A stretch of 64,000 nt of DNA from an uncultured delta proteobacterium. GTDB taxonomy: Bacteria > Desulfobacterota > Zymogenia > Zymogenales > Zymogenaceae. Below are positions 38,786-49,773 of this stretch, piece by piece; position 1 is the first letter of the stretch; the number at the start of each line of letters is the position of its first letter. Made by a program: the position numbers and the translations under genes. The notes under the pieces were generated by a model that saw only the letters and a list, made by a program, of their open reading frames with translations, was not told the origin of the DNA and made no database searches. The stretch is taken from the NCBI GenBank assembly GCA_963735595.1, contig CAVTLK010000005.1, forward strand, positions 640,001 through 704,000. Reading direction: 5' to 3'.

Positions 38786-39349
38786 TCACGGTACGTACTC
38801 GGTATCATCCGCCCATTTCAGCGGATTACTTGGGATATAATTCCTAATTTCGTTTAAATCGCGCTCGTTACGGATGACGTGTTCGTAGAATCGTGGCTGC
38901 CATTGGAAATAAGGGAAACCGTGCCGGTTGCACCAGAGCTTAACACCGGCTTTATACTGTTGTATGACGACCGATAGGCTGCCACTGATTGGATGTGAAA
39001 AAGCTGAAGACGGTGCTTCGTTATCCAACGTTCTTTTGGAAGGGACGGACACGACAAGTCGTGTCCCTACGGGTGTTAGCACGACAATGCCGTGAACATG
39101 ATTGGGCATGACAACGAATTCATCTAGGGCAACATTCGTGTAGTGATCCGGTATCTCCCGCCACATTCGTTGTGCGGTGTTTCCAATTTCCGACATGATC
39201 ATCCCGTCTTGATCGATCCGTCCCAGCAGGGGGGCCTTATGCTTCGTGCCTATCGTAATAAAATACCACCCGGCCTGCGAGTAATCGTAGTATTGTAGTC
39301 GCACCGTGCGGCGATTGAGTTTCCCCGATTTATCCGATACGTCCTTCAT
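38786..39349 (-). mobile_element. REP-associated tyrosine transposase (RAYT/TnpA-REP, Y1 HUH)
   Basis: RxxxRLxxYDYSxxGWYFIT, VMPNHVH, WQPRFYEHVIR, YIxxNP; flanked by REPs. Confidence 0.93.
39045..39070 (-). repeat. REP inside the RAYT coding sequence
   Basis: Exact reverse complement ACGGACACGACAAGTCGTGTCCCTAC; encodes VGTRLVVSV. Confidence 0.9.
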
Positions 39350-39370
39350 GTCAAGTACGTTTTTTCATCC

Positions 39371-39396
39371 GTAGGGACACGACTTGTCGTGTCCGT
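39371..39396 (+). repeat. GTAG-type REP
   Basis: Identical to 38755..38780. Confidence 0.9.
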
Positions 39397-39603
39397 CTTG
39401 TATTTCCTCAATCCTTCGTCCGCCGGAATTTGCGGTTCATGGCGAGGACGAAAGGGGAAACCCAGAGCCCGTGCTTTGCATCATTGAATATACCTGATAG
39501 TCTATTACCATATACATATCGGAATGTAAATCCGATAGCATCCTGATTTATCTCACCGAATAATGTGATACTGGAGAACGCGTTTTCGTGATAAGATTTC
39601 CTC

Positions 39604-41067
39604 ATGAACGATTTGGCTTTCTTCCGCACCCTCTCCACCATCTCCTCCTTTGGGATGATCGCCGATGGTGACCACGTCATCGTCGCGCTGTCGGGCGGGG
39701 CGGATTCGGTGGCGCTGCTGGCGGCGATGGCCGAGATCGCGCCGCGTTATCGGCTCACCCTTTCGGCCGCCCACGTCCACCACGGGCTTCGGGGTGTGGA
39801 AGCCGACCGGGACGCCGCGTTCGCGGAAAGAGTCACGCAGCAGGTCGCGGGGCGCTACGGCCTCGCCATCCCGTTTTATCTCCACAAGGCCGACGTAAAG
39901 AAGGCCGCGAAAGAACAAAAGCTCTCCACCCAGGAGACGGGCCGCCTCGTCCGCGACGTCTATTTCCGCCGTCTTATGGACGAGATCGGTGCAACGAAGA
40001 TCGCCACCGGCCACACCGCCTCCGACAATGCCGAGACCTTACTCATGCGGCTCGTCACGGGGGCCGGGCCCGAGGGGCTTTCGGGCATCCCGCCGGTGCG
40101 CCCGCCCTATATCCGCCCCCTCATCGAGACGACCAGGGCCGAAGTCGAGGCGTTCCTGACGGAGCGGGGTATCCCCTGGATCGTCGATTCCTCAAATCTG
40201 AAGAACGACTACCTGAGAAACCGGATCAGAAACGAGATCATGCCGGCGCTCGCCGCGGTTAATCCCTCCGTACAGGAACGTCTCATCGAGGCTGCTGCGG
40301 CCTGCCGGGACGCGTTTGCCCTTCTTTCGGCCGCCGCCCGCGATTTTGTGTCCCGGTACGCCGAAGACGGCACGATCCGGGTAGCGGAGCTTTCGGCGCT
40401 TGACCCGGCGGTCGCCTCGGAGGCCGTCAAGCTCCTGATCTTCGAGGCGGCCGGGCCGCGTAAAACACCCCTGAGGCTTTCCCGTCCCCATATTGATGCG
40501 GTCCTCCGGCTTGCGGCCGACCCCACCCACGGCACGAGGACGGTGAGACTCCCCGGCGGGCTGGCCGCCCGGCGCGTCTACGACTCACTCGCGATCACAC
40601 GCGCCGCGGCGCTCCCCGGTAGCGATAGCCCGGTCCTGCCCGAAACGCCCCTCGCTATCCCCGGCGTAACCCCTTTACCCTGCGGGGGGCTCGTGGTTAC
40701 GGCGCGTATCATCGAGGCTGTCCCGTCCGTAACCGACCACGATCACCCCGGCGGCACCGACCGGGGGCCGTCCGGCCGAGAGCGGATCACGGCGCTGCTT
40801 GACTATGACCGGATATCCCATCCCCCCGCAGCGCGTGGCCGCAGGCCGGGAGACCGGGTTACGCTGCCGGCAGGCTCCGGCACCAAGAAGCTCTCGGACC
40901 TGCTTATCGATGCAAAGGTGCCGAGGCACGAGCGAGACCTTGTCCCGATCCTCGTGTGCGGCAGCGATATCATGTGGGTCATGGGGTGGGGGGCGGACGG
41001 GAGATTTGCCCCAACGGACAAGACGCGCCGCCTTCTTCGGGTAACGTTTACATCCGCGGACGAATAG
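39604..41067 (+). CDS. tilS: tRNA(Ile)-lysidine synthetase
   Basis: ALSGGADS, HHGLR, GHTASDNAET, RPLI, DSSN..YLRNRIR, KKLSDLLIDAKVP. Confidence 0.95.
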   Translation: MNDLAFFRTLSTISSFGMIADGDHVIVALSGGADSVALLAAMAEIAPRYRLTLSAAHVHHGLRGVEADRDAAFAERVTQQVAGRYGLAIPFYLHKADVKKAAKEQKLSTQETGRLVRDVYFRRLMDEIGATKIATGHTASDNAETLLMRLVTGAGPEGLSGIPPVRPPYIRPLIETTRAEVEAFLTERGIPWIVDSSNLKNDYLRNRIRNEIMPALAAVNPSVQERLIEAAAACRDAFALLSAAARDFVSRYAEDGTIRVAELSALDPAVASEAVKLLIFEAAGPRKTPLRLSRPHIDAVLRLAADPTHGTRTVRLPGGLAARRVYDSLAITRAAALPGSDSPVLPETPLAIPGVTPLPCGGLVVTARIIEAVPSVTDHDHPGGTDRGPSGRERITALLDYDRISHPPAARGRRPGDRVTLPAGSGTKKLSDLLIDAKVPRHERDLVPILVCGSDIMWVMGWGADGRFAPTDKTRRLLRVTFTSADE

Positions 41068-41094
41068 AACGGGCCGGGCGGGCAGGCGTCCGGA

Positions 41095-41640
41095 CTACGG
41101 CATTTCCCTTTTGGGGCGCAGCAGAACCACCAGGCTGTTTGTCAGGATGACACACCCGGCCAGCGCCGGCAGCAGCGCATTGATCATCAGGCCGATACGC
41201 GGCTCGTCTGCAATTACCGGCAGCGGCCAGATGATAAGCCAGACGCTCAAAAGGGCCAGGCCGAACCGGTCTCCCCATCTCTTTTCGGCCAGGCCCAGGG
41301 GGACGAGGCATCCCGCCAGAAGCGAGACGCCCCAGATGATCATACCGAGGAGATTGCCCGACTTGAATCGAAACACCGACTCATACGGAATAACACCCAT
41401 CGCCAGCAGGAATACCGAAAGGAGTATCATCCCCGCCAGGTCGCTCTTTGATACGGCAAACAGGCAAAAGAGAAAGATAATCCCCACGATCATGGCGCCG
41501 GGATGCAGCACCCAGGCGACGATCGGATAACGGCCCCCGACGTAGCTGGCCAGCCCGAACAACAACAGCCACCCGCCCAAGAGCAGGTATCCGACCCGAA
41601 CGGTCGTCCGTATCGGCAGTTCATTCTGCATGGATATCAC
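41095..41640 (-). CDS. Membrane protein with three degenerate GxxLLxxWL hairpin repeats
   Basis: GYLLLGGWLL / GMILLSVFLL / GLALLSVWLI; paralog of the next gene. Confidence 0.7.
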   Translation of the reverse strand: MISMQNELPIRTTVRVGYLLLGGWLLLFGLASYVGGRYPIVAWVLHPGAMIVGIIFLFCLFAVSKSDLAGMILLSVFLLAMGVIPYESVFRFKSGNLLGMIIWGVSLLAGCLVPLGLAEKRWGDRFGLALLSVWLIIWPLPVIADEPRIGLMINALLPALAGCVILTNSLVVLLRPKREMP

Positions 41641-41682
41641 ACCACGCCACTGGTTTTAGCACATAAAGAGACAGCCGGATGC

Positions 41683-42156
41683 CTATCTCCCGATGAGGAG
41701 CAGGATGCCGGAGATGACGGCCAGTATCGCGAGGATGATACCGGAGGCCGGGATCATCAGGCCCAAGAGCGAGATCGCGGCCGACGCGATAAGCCAGACC
41801 GCCAGGAGCACCATCCCGATCCTGGCGGCCGTCTTTCTGCCCTTCATACCCACTAAAAGGAGGATTCCCGCCAGAAGCGCCAGCACGATTGTGATCTCGC
41901 TGGCAAAGGGAAGGCCCATCCCGACAAACGGCATCAGTCCCACGAGGATAAGCCAGATCGCCAGGAAGATCATCCCCAGTCGTTCCGGCCAGTTCATCCT
42001 GCCCAGTTCTATGAGGATAACGACCCCGGTAACGACGGCAAGTATCTGCAGCGCCAGCGTCAGGAGGGAATGCCTTATCCCCAGGAGCTCCAGTGCCCCC
42101 GAGGCGATGAGCCAGATGGCCAGCAGCAGATACCCGAGTTTCAGGTACTTCTTCAT
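41683..42156 (-). CDS. Membrane protein with three ~52-aa GxxLLAIWLI repeats
   Basis: LGYLLLAIWLI / LGMIFLAIWLI / IGMVLLAVWLI, each followed by a second TM helix; AAAGGA RBS. Confidence 0.8.
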   Translation of the reverse strand: MKKYLKLGYLLLAIWLIASGALELLGIRHSLLTLALQILAVVTGVVILIELGRMNWPERLGMIFLAIWLILVGLMPFVGMGLPFASEITIVLALLAGILLLVGMKGRKTAARIGMVLLAVWLIASAAISLLGLMIPASGIILAILAVISGILLLIGR

Positions 42157-42224
42157 CGATTAGTCCTTTCCTGTTATGGTTAGTAACGAAGCATTGTATC
42201 TTTTATATCCGGGCGGCATACCGG

Positions 42225-43520
42225 TCACGAGGGGCGCTCGTTCAGGTGGGCCGCCAGCCGTTTGCCGAGAGCGGCCGCCGTCCATACGACCGGCAGGCCG
42301 AGGGATTGGGGAAATACACTCGAATCGCATACAAAGAGGTTCTTGATCCTCGTCTCGAGGTTCTTATCCACCACCACACCGATCCGGCAGGTTGCCGACG
42401 GGTGGGCGCCGATCGGGGGAAGCTCGATGATTGAATGATCGGGCGCGCCGAGCTTTGAGAGGATCTTCCTGATTATCCCGGTACCCTTGGCGAGCCGTTT
42501 ACCGTCCCGATCGGTCATCGGTTTGGAGAACGAGGTATCGGAGACGACCTCGCCGGCAACTTCATCGGCGATTTTGACCATGATTCCGGTGTAGCGGGGA
42601 AATTGCATGAGCCTGGGCAGTTGGCGCGGCGCGGCCAGCATCAGCTGCAGCATAAAGGCCGACCAGCCCGGGAATACCGGCAGGATCGCGATTCCGTCTG
42701 ACTCGTGGTGTTCCAGCGTCCCCACGCTCATAGGGTTTGCGTGAAGCGTGTTCAAGCCCGGGACAATGCCGCCGACAAACTGGAGCCAGTCGCAGGCAAA
42801 TCCCTTGCCTGCCTCCTCGATACCGCTGTTCTTCAGGATGACAGGAGAGCCGACCGCCGCGCTGATGACGACGGTCTTCCCCCAGTAACGGAGGGGCATG
42901 CCCCATCGGACGGCCTGGACGCCCGTTGCCCTGCCGTTTTCGGTCATCACCCGGGTCACCCGGGTATGGAGGGCGAGATCGGCCCCGTATGCGACCGCCT
43001 CATCGCCGTAGACGCGGGAGGTCCACTTGGCTCCCCTCCTGCACCCGAGCATACAGTCGGCGCAGTCCGGGACGCATTTTTCAGGGTCAATGAATTTCTC
43101 GATCTTCGTCCAGTGGTAGCCGAGGTCGTTTGCCGCCTCCAGAATGCGCAGGTTGGCTTTACCCACCAGCTCGTCGGGCAACAGCTGTACCCGGAGATCC
43201 TTCTTGACCTGGGCGGCGGCCTCGGTAAGGTCGATGCGGAAGGGAGAAAAGACCTCGCGGGGCGGGGCGACGGCGCATCCGGCGGCAACGTTCGATGCGC
43301 CACCGTAATTGTTCACGCTGACAACCCAGTATCCCTCGCGGGAGAGCGTCAGCCCGAACCGCTTGGCCATCAACGCCATCGACGCGGTATTCCCGACACG
43401 GTTAATCCTTCCGCCGCGCTCGATGAGGAGGACCTTCTTTTTATTCTTCGCCGACTCGCGGGCGACGGCGGCGCCCCCCGGCCCCGTTCCCACGACGATG
43501 ATGTCGTACTCTTTTTCCAT
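42225..43520 (-). CDS. GMC-family FAD oxidoreductase with internal Cys cluster
   Basis: DIIVVGTGPGG, CVPDCADCMLGC, HPSATCRIG, NLFVCDSSVFP. Confidence 0.85.
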   Translation of the reverse strand: MEKEYDIIVVGTGPGGAAVARESAKNKKKVLLIERGGRINRVGNTASMALMAKRFGLTLSREGYWVVSVNNYGGASNVAAGCAVAPPREVFSPFRIDLTEAAAQVKKDLRVQLLPDELVGKANLRILEAANDLGYHWTKIEKFIDPEKCVPDCADCMLGCRRGAKWTSRVYGDEAVAYGADLALHTRVTRVMTENGRATGVQAVRWGMPLRYWGKTVVISAAVGSPVILKNSGIEEAGKGFACDWLQFVGGIVPGLNTLHANPMSVGTLEHHESDGIAILPVFPGWSAFMLQLMLAAPRQLPRLMQFPRYTGIMVKIADEVAGEVVSDTSFSKPMTDRDGKRLAKGTGIIRKILSKLGAPDHSIIELPPIGAHPSATCRIGVVVDKNLETRIKNLFVCDSSVFPQSLGLPVVWTAAALGKRLAAHLNERPS

Positions 43521-43680
43521 TGCTGTGCCTTGTTTTCGGTCACTTCCGGTTAATATTGTAGCCTTCCGAATTTGAAATGTAAACGAAAAATCATGGGACG
43601 GTTTTCGGGTCTCCCGGCGGGATGGTCGGCACAAAGCGGTTGTCGGAATCACTGCAGAGCCGCTGCCGTCGCACGATTAG

Positions 43681-44906
43681 CTACTGCTCGAAGTAGATAA
43701 TAGTAGCCTCCGGCAGCACGGCTACGGGCGTGCCCGGCCCGAACTCGCCGGTAAGGAGCGTAAGGGTCTCGCCCCAGTCCCTCGTCCGGGTGATGGCCCC
43801 GGGATTCTTCACCCAATCGGTGAAGGTGGCGTCCCACTGCGGTGCGACGACGATGATCCGCACCCCCGGCGGGACCTCTGTCGGTGACATCTGGCGGCCG
43901 CCGTGGCCGCGCCCGAAGCTGCGCTGGAGATAGTGGGGGATCTGCCCCTCGGGGGAATCCGCGATGATCACCACCGTCCCGGTTGTATCCGAAAGCGCCG
44001 ATGCCCCGATGCGGGCGGCGATGAACATCTCGTTTGCCTTCACGAACGCGTTGGCGATCACGAGGCGGCGGCCCTCGGGGTGCGGGCCTACGGAATAGAC
44101 CTCACGTGCAAGCTCCACCGCGCGCCGGTGCTCCTCCTGCGGGTCCCCGGCAAAGAGCGCCGTGGTTTGCCCCCGCTCGTTGACGACGGCGTCGATCTTG
44201 AAGTGCAGGCCGGCCATTCGGGCCGCCTCTTCGATATCCTGCCTCATGATATTCTCGTCGCCGGTGCCGGGCCCCGTTGTCTGGGGGGCCAGATCCTTGA
44301 CATGAATGTGATAGTGTGCGGCGCTCTCTATAGAGGCGACGCCCGGCAGGATGATCTTCCCCCGCCCGAAAAGCCGGTGTTGATATGGGCGGTCACACAC
44401 CCGATGCCGATCCTGAGGTCGGCCTCCATCACCTCCCGGTTGACGGCCAGTTTCGTTCCCCGGGAGGTCGTCCCGACGAACGTGCAGTGGTCGTACGGAT
44501 TATGGTTGTAGACGGCAAATCGCTCCGTAATCCGCGGCCCAAGCTTCTTCCTGAATTCGTGGTGCGTGTGGGCGCCGTGGTTTCCGAGGGCGGCAACAAA
44601 GGAAATACCGTCCTCGCTCATTCCCCCGGCTATCAGCTCACGAATGACGACAGGCGCTATCTCCGATATCCGGGTTGGGCGGGTAATATCGTCGAAGATA
44701 ATGGCCGCGCTCGACTTGCCCCGGGCAAGCTCGGAAAGGCCCGCCGAGCCGATAGGGTGTTTGACCGCGTGCTCGATACCTTCGGGCGACAGGGGCGCCC
44801 GGTTGCGCCCGCGCATGTTCAGCACCTGGACATCCCAGGTGTCGGGAAGCTCGATGGTCGATGACGAGTTGTCGTACCAGAGTCGCCGGGGGATTTCGAT
44901 CTGCAT
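43681..44906 (-). pseudogene. larA: LarA-family nickel-pincer racemase/epimerase, frameshifted near 44360
   Basis: DDITRPT, ALGNH, NHN, then GFSGG[G]KIILPG split across two frames by a G5 run that needs G6. Confidence 0.8.
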
Positions 44907-44969
44907 GGTGTGGTTCCTGAAATAGTAGGATAGTTTGTCGGACGGATGGCCTCTGCCGCTTCTCGGCCG

Positions 44970-45557
44970 TTACCTCAATTCAAGCTCAAAGAGGCAGGTC
45001 AGGCCTCCCATCGCCTTACACGTGGTCTCCCTGGCCTGGTATTTCCCCTTACCGAAGACCCAATCGGCCAGGAACTGGACGCATCCGGCGTAATGGGAGC
45101 AGTAGGGTTTCCTGCTGGTAACCCCTTCGCAGAGGAGACAGTCGAAGGCATCCAGGGTGACAAGGCCCGCGGTACCGTCGGCTACCTTACCCTTGTTAAT
45201 GGCGCTCCTGAAAAACTCGACCGCCTTGTTGAAACGCTCTGGTTGCGGAAGTCCCTTTATTGAATCAAGGACGCCAAACCTTACGACGGCGGCCTCAATT
45301 CCCTTGTAACCGATCTGCCTGATAATCCCCTGGGCGCCGATGGCGCCGACGAGTTTTACCGTCTGGGAAAATATATCGAGCTGTTCCTTATTGGTGAATT
45401 CGCGATCCCATGTATAGGGAGGCGGATCGTTGATGATCCGCGAAAGACCCGCCCCCCTCAGAATAATAGTGCGGGCATTCTCTCCCAATATCTCCGTAAG
45501 GGCCTCGTAGGCCCCCCTGATTGGAATACAACTGACCGTTTTCTCCTGATCGGACAT
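44970..45557 (-). CDS. Stand-alone V4R-domain protein 4
   Basis: ILGENARTIILRGAGL..PP, DCLLC, PYCSHYAG, RETTCKAMGGLTCLFE. Confidence 0.83.
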   Translation of the reverse strand: MSDQEKTVSCIPIRGAYEALTEILGENARTIILRGAGLSRIINDPPPYTWDREFTNKEQLDIFSQTVKLVGAIGAQGIIRQIGYKGIEAAVVRFGVLDSIKGLPQPERFNKAVEFFRSAINKGKVADGTAGLVTLDAFDCLLCEGVTSRKPYCSHYAGCVQFLADWVFGKGKYQARETTCKAMGGLTCLFELELR

Positions 45558-45842
45558 GATTTCCTCTTGAATAAAGTCCCAACCAGAATGCAGGTAGACT
45601 AATAGCGGGCAAAGATCTCCTGTCGATAACAGGGTTCGTGGTAAAAGGCGAACCCGAAACGGATGCTCCCTTTATCTTCCCTCTGTCTTTATGAGCATTA
45701 TAGTGGCATATTATCGACCCGGCAAGACTAAATCGTATCGTTGAAACGGTCGCTCCCTGAGGTGCGGATACGTATCGCGGTGGCGGTATCGGCTCTTTCG
45801 GCCGGTACGCGGACGGTGCGGTGACCGGAATCGGTAATAAGA

Positions 45843-46220
45843 CTATTTCTTATATACGTCTTCGGGATTGAATACGAGGTTGCCGTCGGCAACAAGATCG
45901 CTTCCGTCAAGCTTTCGGAAGAAGCAGGATCGGTAACCCGTGTGACATGCCGCTCCGCCGACCTGCTCCACCCTTATGAGAAGGGTATCGTCGTCGCAAT
46001 CCACGCGAATTTCTTTTACGATCTGAACGTGCCCCGATGTCTCGCCCTTCTTCCAGAGCTTGTTTCTCGACCGGGAGTAGAAGACGACGGTCCCTTCCTT
46101 CAGGGTCAGGTTCCACGACTCCTCGTTCATGAACCCGAGCATGAGGACTTCCCCGGTTAGGTGATCCTGGATAATGGTGGGAACAAGGCCCCCGATCTTC
46201 TTGAAGTCAAGCGTTACCAT
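45843..46220 (-). CDS. hisI: Phosphoribosyl-AMP cyclohydrolase
   Basis: [39 protein letters not shown]. Confidence 0.95.
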   Translation of the reverse strand: MVTLDFKKIGGLVPTIIQDHLTGEVLMLGFMNEESWNLTLKEGTVVFYSRSRNKLWKKGETSGHVQIVKEIRVDCDDDTLLIRVEQVGGAACHTGYRSCFFRKLDGSDLVADGNLVFNPEDVYKK

Positions 46221-46462
46221 CGATGGATCCTTTCTTGATTGCCGTGGCGTTTCGGAGGGTAGAAAGACCGGGGACTTCCGCAACGATTCGGGAAGCGGCC
46301 GCCGCGTATGAGCGGGTACGCATACTACTCGGGTGCGCCTTCCTTGACGGCAGGCAACGGATTCCCCCTTAAAAAGGGTCCCAATCCGAACGGAGCGATA
46401 TATGATATATGCGCCTGGGATATATGCGCGGGGCGTGCGGGGCCGCGCGCGCCTTCCGAAGG

Positions 46463-48607
46463 TTAGTAAGTCGTCTGGCCGAGATTGATCCTCGGCAGAG
46501 TTCCCAGGCCCGTCAGGGTAATGCTCATGAAAACGCCGAGCTCGTCGGGCTCGTTACCTTCCGGATACAGGTTGTTATAGACGGTAAGGTCGACCCCCCA
46601 GCACTGCCGGTGATAGTTGACGCTCCCGCCGAGGTAGCGCAAACCGTCCTGATCGAACGAGTATCGCGCCCCAAGCGAAACGTCTATTGACTTGTTCACA
46701 ACCAGCTTAAGCGACCCGAAAATGTGCTCATTCTCATCGTGATAGATGATATCCGATTGGAGGACGTAACCCAGCGAGAGCGTATCGCCCCGAACGTCAT
46801 TAAGCCGAACGTCCGTGCTTATATATAAGACCCGGTCAAGAGTATGATCGAACCTCCCTTTACCCCGAAAAGTGATGTAGGAAGACGGCGAATACCTCAG
46901 CTCAAAGTAGCTGACCGTATGGGGGTCGTCAACCGAGTACCCGAGCCACGGGATATCCGGCATAAAATCGATCCCGACTCCGATCTCGGCATATAAAAGT
47001 TCGTCTGAGAACCCGTTACCCTCGGCCTTCGTCCGGTGCGCCAGAATCCGGTTAATAAGTGATACGTACAGGAGGCTGGTGCTCCTGATCCTGTCCTTGT
47101 CGTCAAAATTGGGGTAGGACTCCTCATCCATCGGCGGCGAGTATCGGTATCCGACGACCGGTTTGATGATGTGCCTCATGGACGAGTATGTGTCCGAATC
47201 CAGGGCATATGTTTTGGCCAGATACGTCGAGAACTCCACGCCGGCGGTGTACGTGGCCCGGTCCATTTCGTCCGGATAGGAGCCGTCCCCATTGATCCAC
47301 CACCAGCTGAAATCGCCCTCAATCCAGGGGGTAATGGAGAAATAACCGGGCGCGATATTTGCCGTGAGGCGTGGGGTGACATTAAGGCGGAGCGCCCTGA
47401 CTCCCTCCTCGCGGTAGAAATTGGTCACCGAGCCGTCCATCTCAAAGGCCACCGGTGTTCCAAAGAGGAATGCGGGACGTACGTACGTGGTAAACCGCGG
47501 GAGCCGCTGGACGGTTGCCCGATCGGAGTCGATCTGATCGTTAAGGTTTTGAAACCAGGACGCGTCCAGCATCATAGAAACGGGATACCACTCCTTGAGC
47601 AGCGACGCGCTCGACTCCAGGTAGGAGGAGGTCCTCATATTGACGTTATCGGCAAAATCCTCAAGATAGGTATCGTCTGAAACGAGGTTGATATCAACCA
47701 GCGCTTTAATATCGCCGGGAAGCATCTGCCGATGATAATACTCGGCCCCCCATCGGAAGCCTTCTTCGCTCTTCGTCCCGTCCTCGAGGTCATATCCGGC
47801 GTCATCGATGAAGGTATAATTCAGTATTCCTCTTAAGTCGGGCCTGAGGAAGTAGCGGTATTCAAGGCCCCCGAGTACTCCCCGCTCGGTCATGACGTCC
47901 GCGGTAAATGTTGCGTCCATGCTCCGATTGATGGCCCAGAAGTAGGCATTCCTCACCTCAAAGCCTTTTTTGCCGGATTGGCCGAAGGAGGGGAAGAGGA
48001 AACCGGATGCCCGCTTGGTCCGCGCAGGGTATATCCCAAAGGGGATATAGGCAACCGGAAAATTCTTGATCCAGAATGCGCCGTTCCAGATTTTGCCGTA
48101 TCCTTCCAGCGTAACTTCGGATCGTTTTCCGGTGATCTTCCACGCGGGGACCGCCCCATCGCACGAGGTAAGGCTCCCCTCGCGGATGCGATAGGTCTTC
48201 TCGCCGAGTTTTTCCATTTCTTCGCCGGTAATATAGAAATGCTTGTCGGCGTAGAACATCATCCCTTTATAGACGACGCCCGTTTGTGTGTCGATATTTA
48301 GGTTAAAGCGATCGCCCTTGATTTCGTCGCTGCCGTTGAAGTAATAGACGTTCCCGGTGGCCTCGGCCTCTTTCGTCTCCCCGTTCATGCTAACGCGGTC
48401 GGCCTTCAGGACCATGGGGCCGCGGGTGATCTCGACATTTCCCTCGGCGGTGTAGATCTTATTCTCCCGGTCGTACGAGAGCATATCCGCCGATACCATG
48501 ATCGGTATCGTGGTATCTCCGAAGTCGGCCTCGGGGAACTGGGCAAACGCCGCCGGCGCCGCTATGAGAACGACAATAAGACACGCGAGAGCTTGTAACG
48601 TTTTCAT
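46463..48607 (-). CDS. lptD: LPS-assembly outer membrane protein LptD
   Basis: Signal peptide, OstA-like N-domain (AEGNVEI), [20 protein letters not shown]-terminal QCWG. Confidence 0.88.
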   Translation of the reverse strand: MKTLQALACLIVVLIAAPAAFAQFPEADFGDTTIPIMVSADMLSYDRENKIYTAEGNVEITRGPMVLKADRVSMNGETKEAEATGNVYYFNGSDEIKGDRFNLNIDTQTGVVYKGMMFYADKHFYITGEEMEKLGEKTYRIREGSLTSCDGAVPAWKITGKRSEVTLEGYGKIWNGAFWIKNFPVAYIPFGIYPARTKRASGFLFPSFGQSGKKGFEVRNAYFWAINRSMDATFTADVMTERGVLGGLEYRYFLRPDLRGILNYTFIDDAGYDLEDGTKSEEGFRWGAEYYHRQMLPGDIKALVDINLVSDDTYLEDFADNVNMRTSSYLESSASLLKEWYPVSMMLDASWFQNLNDQIDSDRATVQRLPRFTTYVRPAFLFGTPVAFEMDGSVTNFYREEGVRALRLNVTPRLTANIAPGYFSITPWIEGDFSWWWINGDGSYPDEMDRATYTAGVEFSTYLAKTYALDSDTYSSMRHIIKPVVGYRYSPPMDEESYPNFDDKDRIRSTSLLYVSLINRILAHRTKAEGNGFSDELLYAEIGVGIDFMPDIPWLGYSVDDPHTVSYFELRYSPSSYITFRGKGRFDHTLDRVLYISTDVRLNDVRGDTLSLGYVLQSDIIYHDENEHIFGSLKLVVNKSIDVSLGARYSFDQDGLRYLGGSVNYHRQCWGVDLTVYNNLYPEGNEPDELGVFMSITLTGLGTLPRINLGQTTY

Positions 48608-48766
48608 AATTACTTCACATAATAAATGATACGACAGTCTATTCATAGCAGAATTAAACGCGATTTTCAAGCATAATGTATACCTCCCATAAAAAGTGAT
48701 TCGGCGCCCAAAAAAGCGAACTACCGCCCTAAAAAGGTTTGACGCAGGGGGATTGGGAGGCTACAA

Positions 48767-49699
48767 TTGTCCCGAACGAGGGTGACAGCCCCGGTTTTCT
48801 CGTGTCGCGCGCTGCCCGGGGCTGCGCGGCGGGCGGATTGCGCCACACCGCCCGCCGGGAGTGTCTGTCATATCTGCGGGCAACCGCCCGTTTTACCGTC
48901 GATACACAGGAGCGGCACCATCCAACCGACAACCGACCATACCGCCACCGTCGCCACCGTCATCTCCCTCAGGGACGTCCCCGACCTCATCGAGGTCGCC
49001 GAGCGGAAGGAATTCTACCGGCGCTCGCTCGACCTCTTCCTGATGATGATCAAAAAGGAACCGATCAACGTGCCCGCGTGGGGACACTGCGGGTTGTTGC
49101 TGTACGAACTGGGGAGGTTCGACGAGAGCCTGGCCTATTTCCGCACAATCATCGACCACGAGCCGGACAATGCCGTGGCGTGGGACGCACGGGGATTCAT
49201 CCTGATGGAACAGGGCGATTTTCGTTCGGCCGCCGAGGCCTTCGGGAAGGTGCTGGAGGTTTCTCCGAAGCGGGCGGACGTGGCCGCCGATATGGCTCTG
49301 TGCTTATTTCATACGGGTCAATACGCCGAGGCCCAACAAGCGCTGGCAGACCGGGTCGGAAAAGTCATGGGGACAAAGGAACACTACTTGATGGGAAGGA
49401 TCGTCGATAAGACCGGCAACGACCCGGCCCCCCACTTCGAGCGGGCTCTGGCCGCCTACCGCAATCCGGAGGGGCCGGTTCGGGAGGGAGTCTATGCCAC
49501 GCTTGCGGCCATACGAGGGGTGATCCGCACCCGAACGGGGGATACCGACCGGGCGTGCGAAGCCCTCATCGAAGCCGGCAACCGGGCCTCCCTGACCGAT
49601 CCCGACCGGATGATCCTTTCGCCGGTTGAGCTGACCTTCAAGGTTCGCGGCGCTTTCATGCGGGAGGTAAAGGGACTCATGGAGAGATTGGCCGAATGA
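48767..49699 (+). CDS. TPR-repeat protein (start uncertain)
   Basis: Consecutive TPR-like units (AWGHCGLLLYELGRFDESL; AWDARGFILMEQGDF). Confidence 0.7.
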   Translation: MSRTRVTAPVFSCRALPGAARRADCATPPAGSVCHICGQPPVLPSIHRSGTIQPTTDHTATVATVISLRDVPDLIEVAERKEFYRRSLDLFLMMIKKEPINVPAWGHCGLLLYELGRFDESLAYFRTIIDHEPDNAVAWDARGFILMEQGDFRSAAEAFGKVLEVSPKRADVAADMALCLFHTGQYAEAQQALADRVGKVMGTKEHYLMGRIVDKTGNDPAPHFERALAAYRNPEGPVREGVYATLAAIRGVIRTRTGDTDRACEALIEAGNRASLTDPDRMILSPVELTFKVRGAFMREVKGLMERLAE

Positions 49700-49773
49700 T
49701 CGCCGCCGGGTAACGCGGCGGACGCGACCGCCCGCTACGCTGGAATAACATCAACGTGGCTATGGAGGCACAC

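Noticed and set aside
45558..45730. Riboswitch (c-di-GMP-like) upstream of V4R-4
   Set aside because: A GGCGAACC..GAAA-like string lies on the wrong strand and lacks the second stem; only a generic hairpin is supportable.
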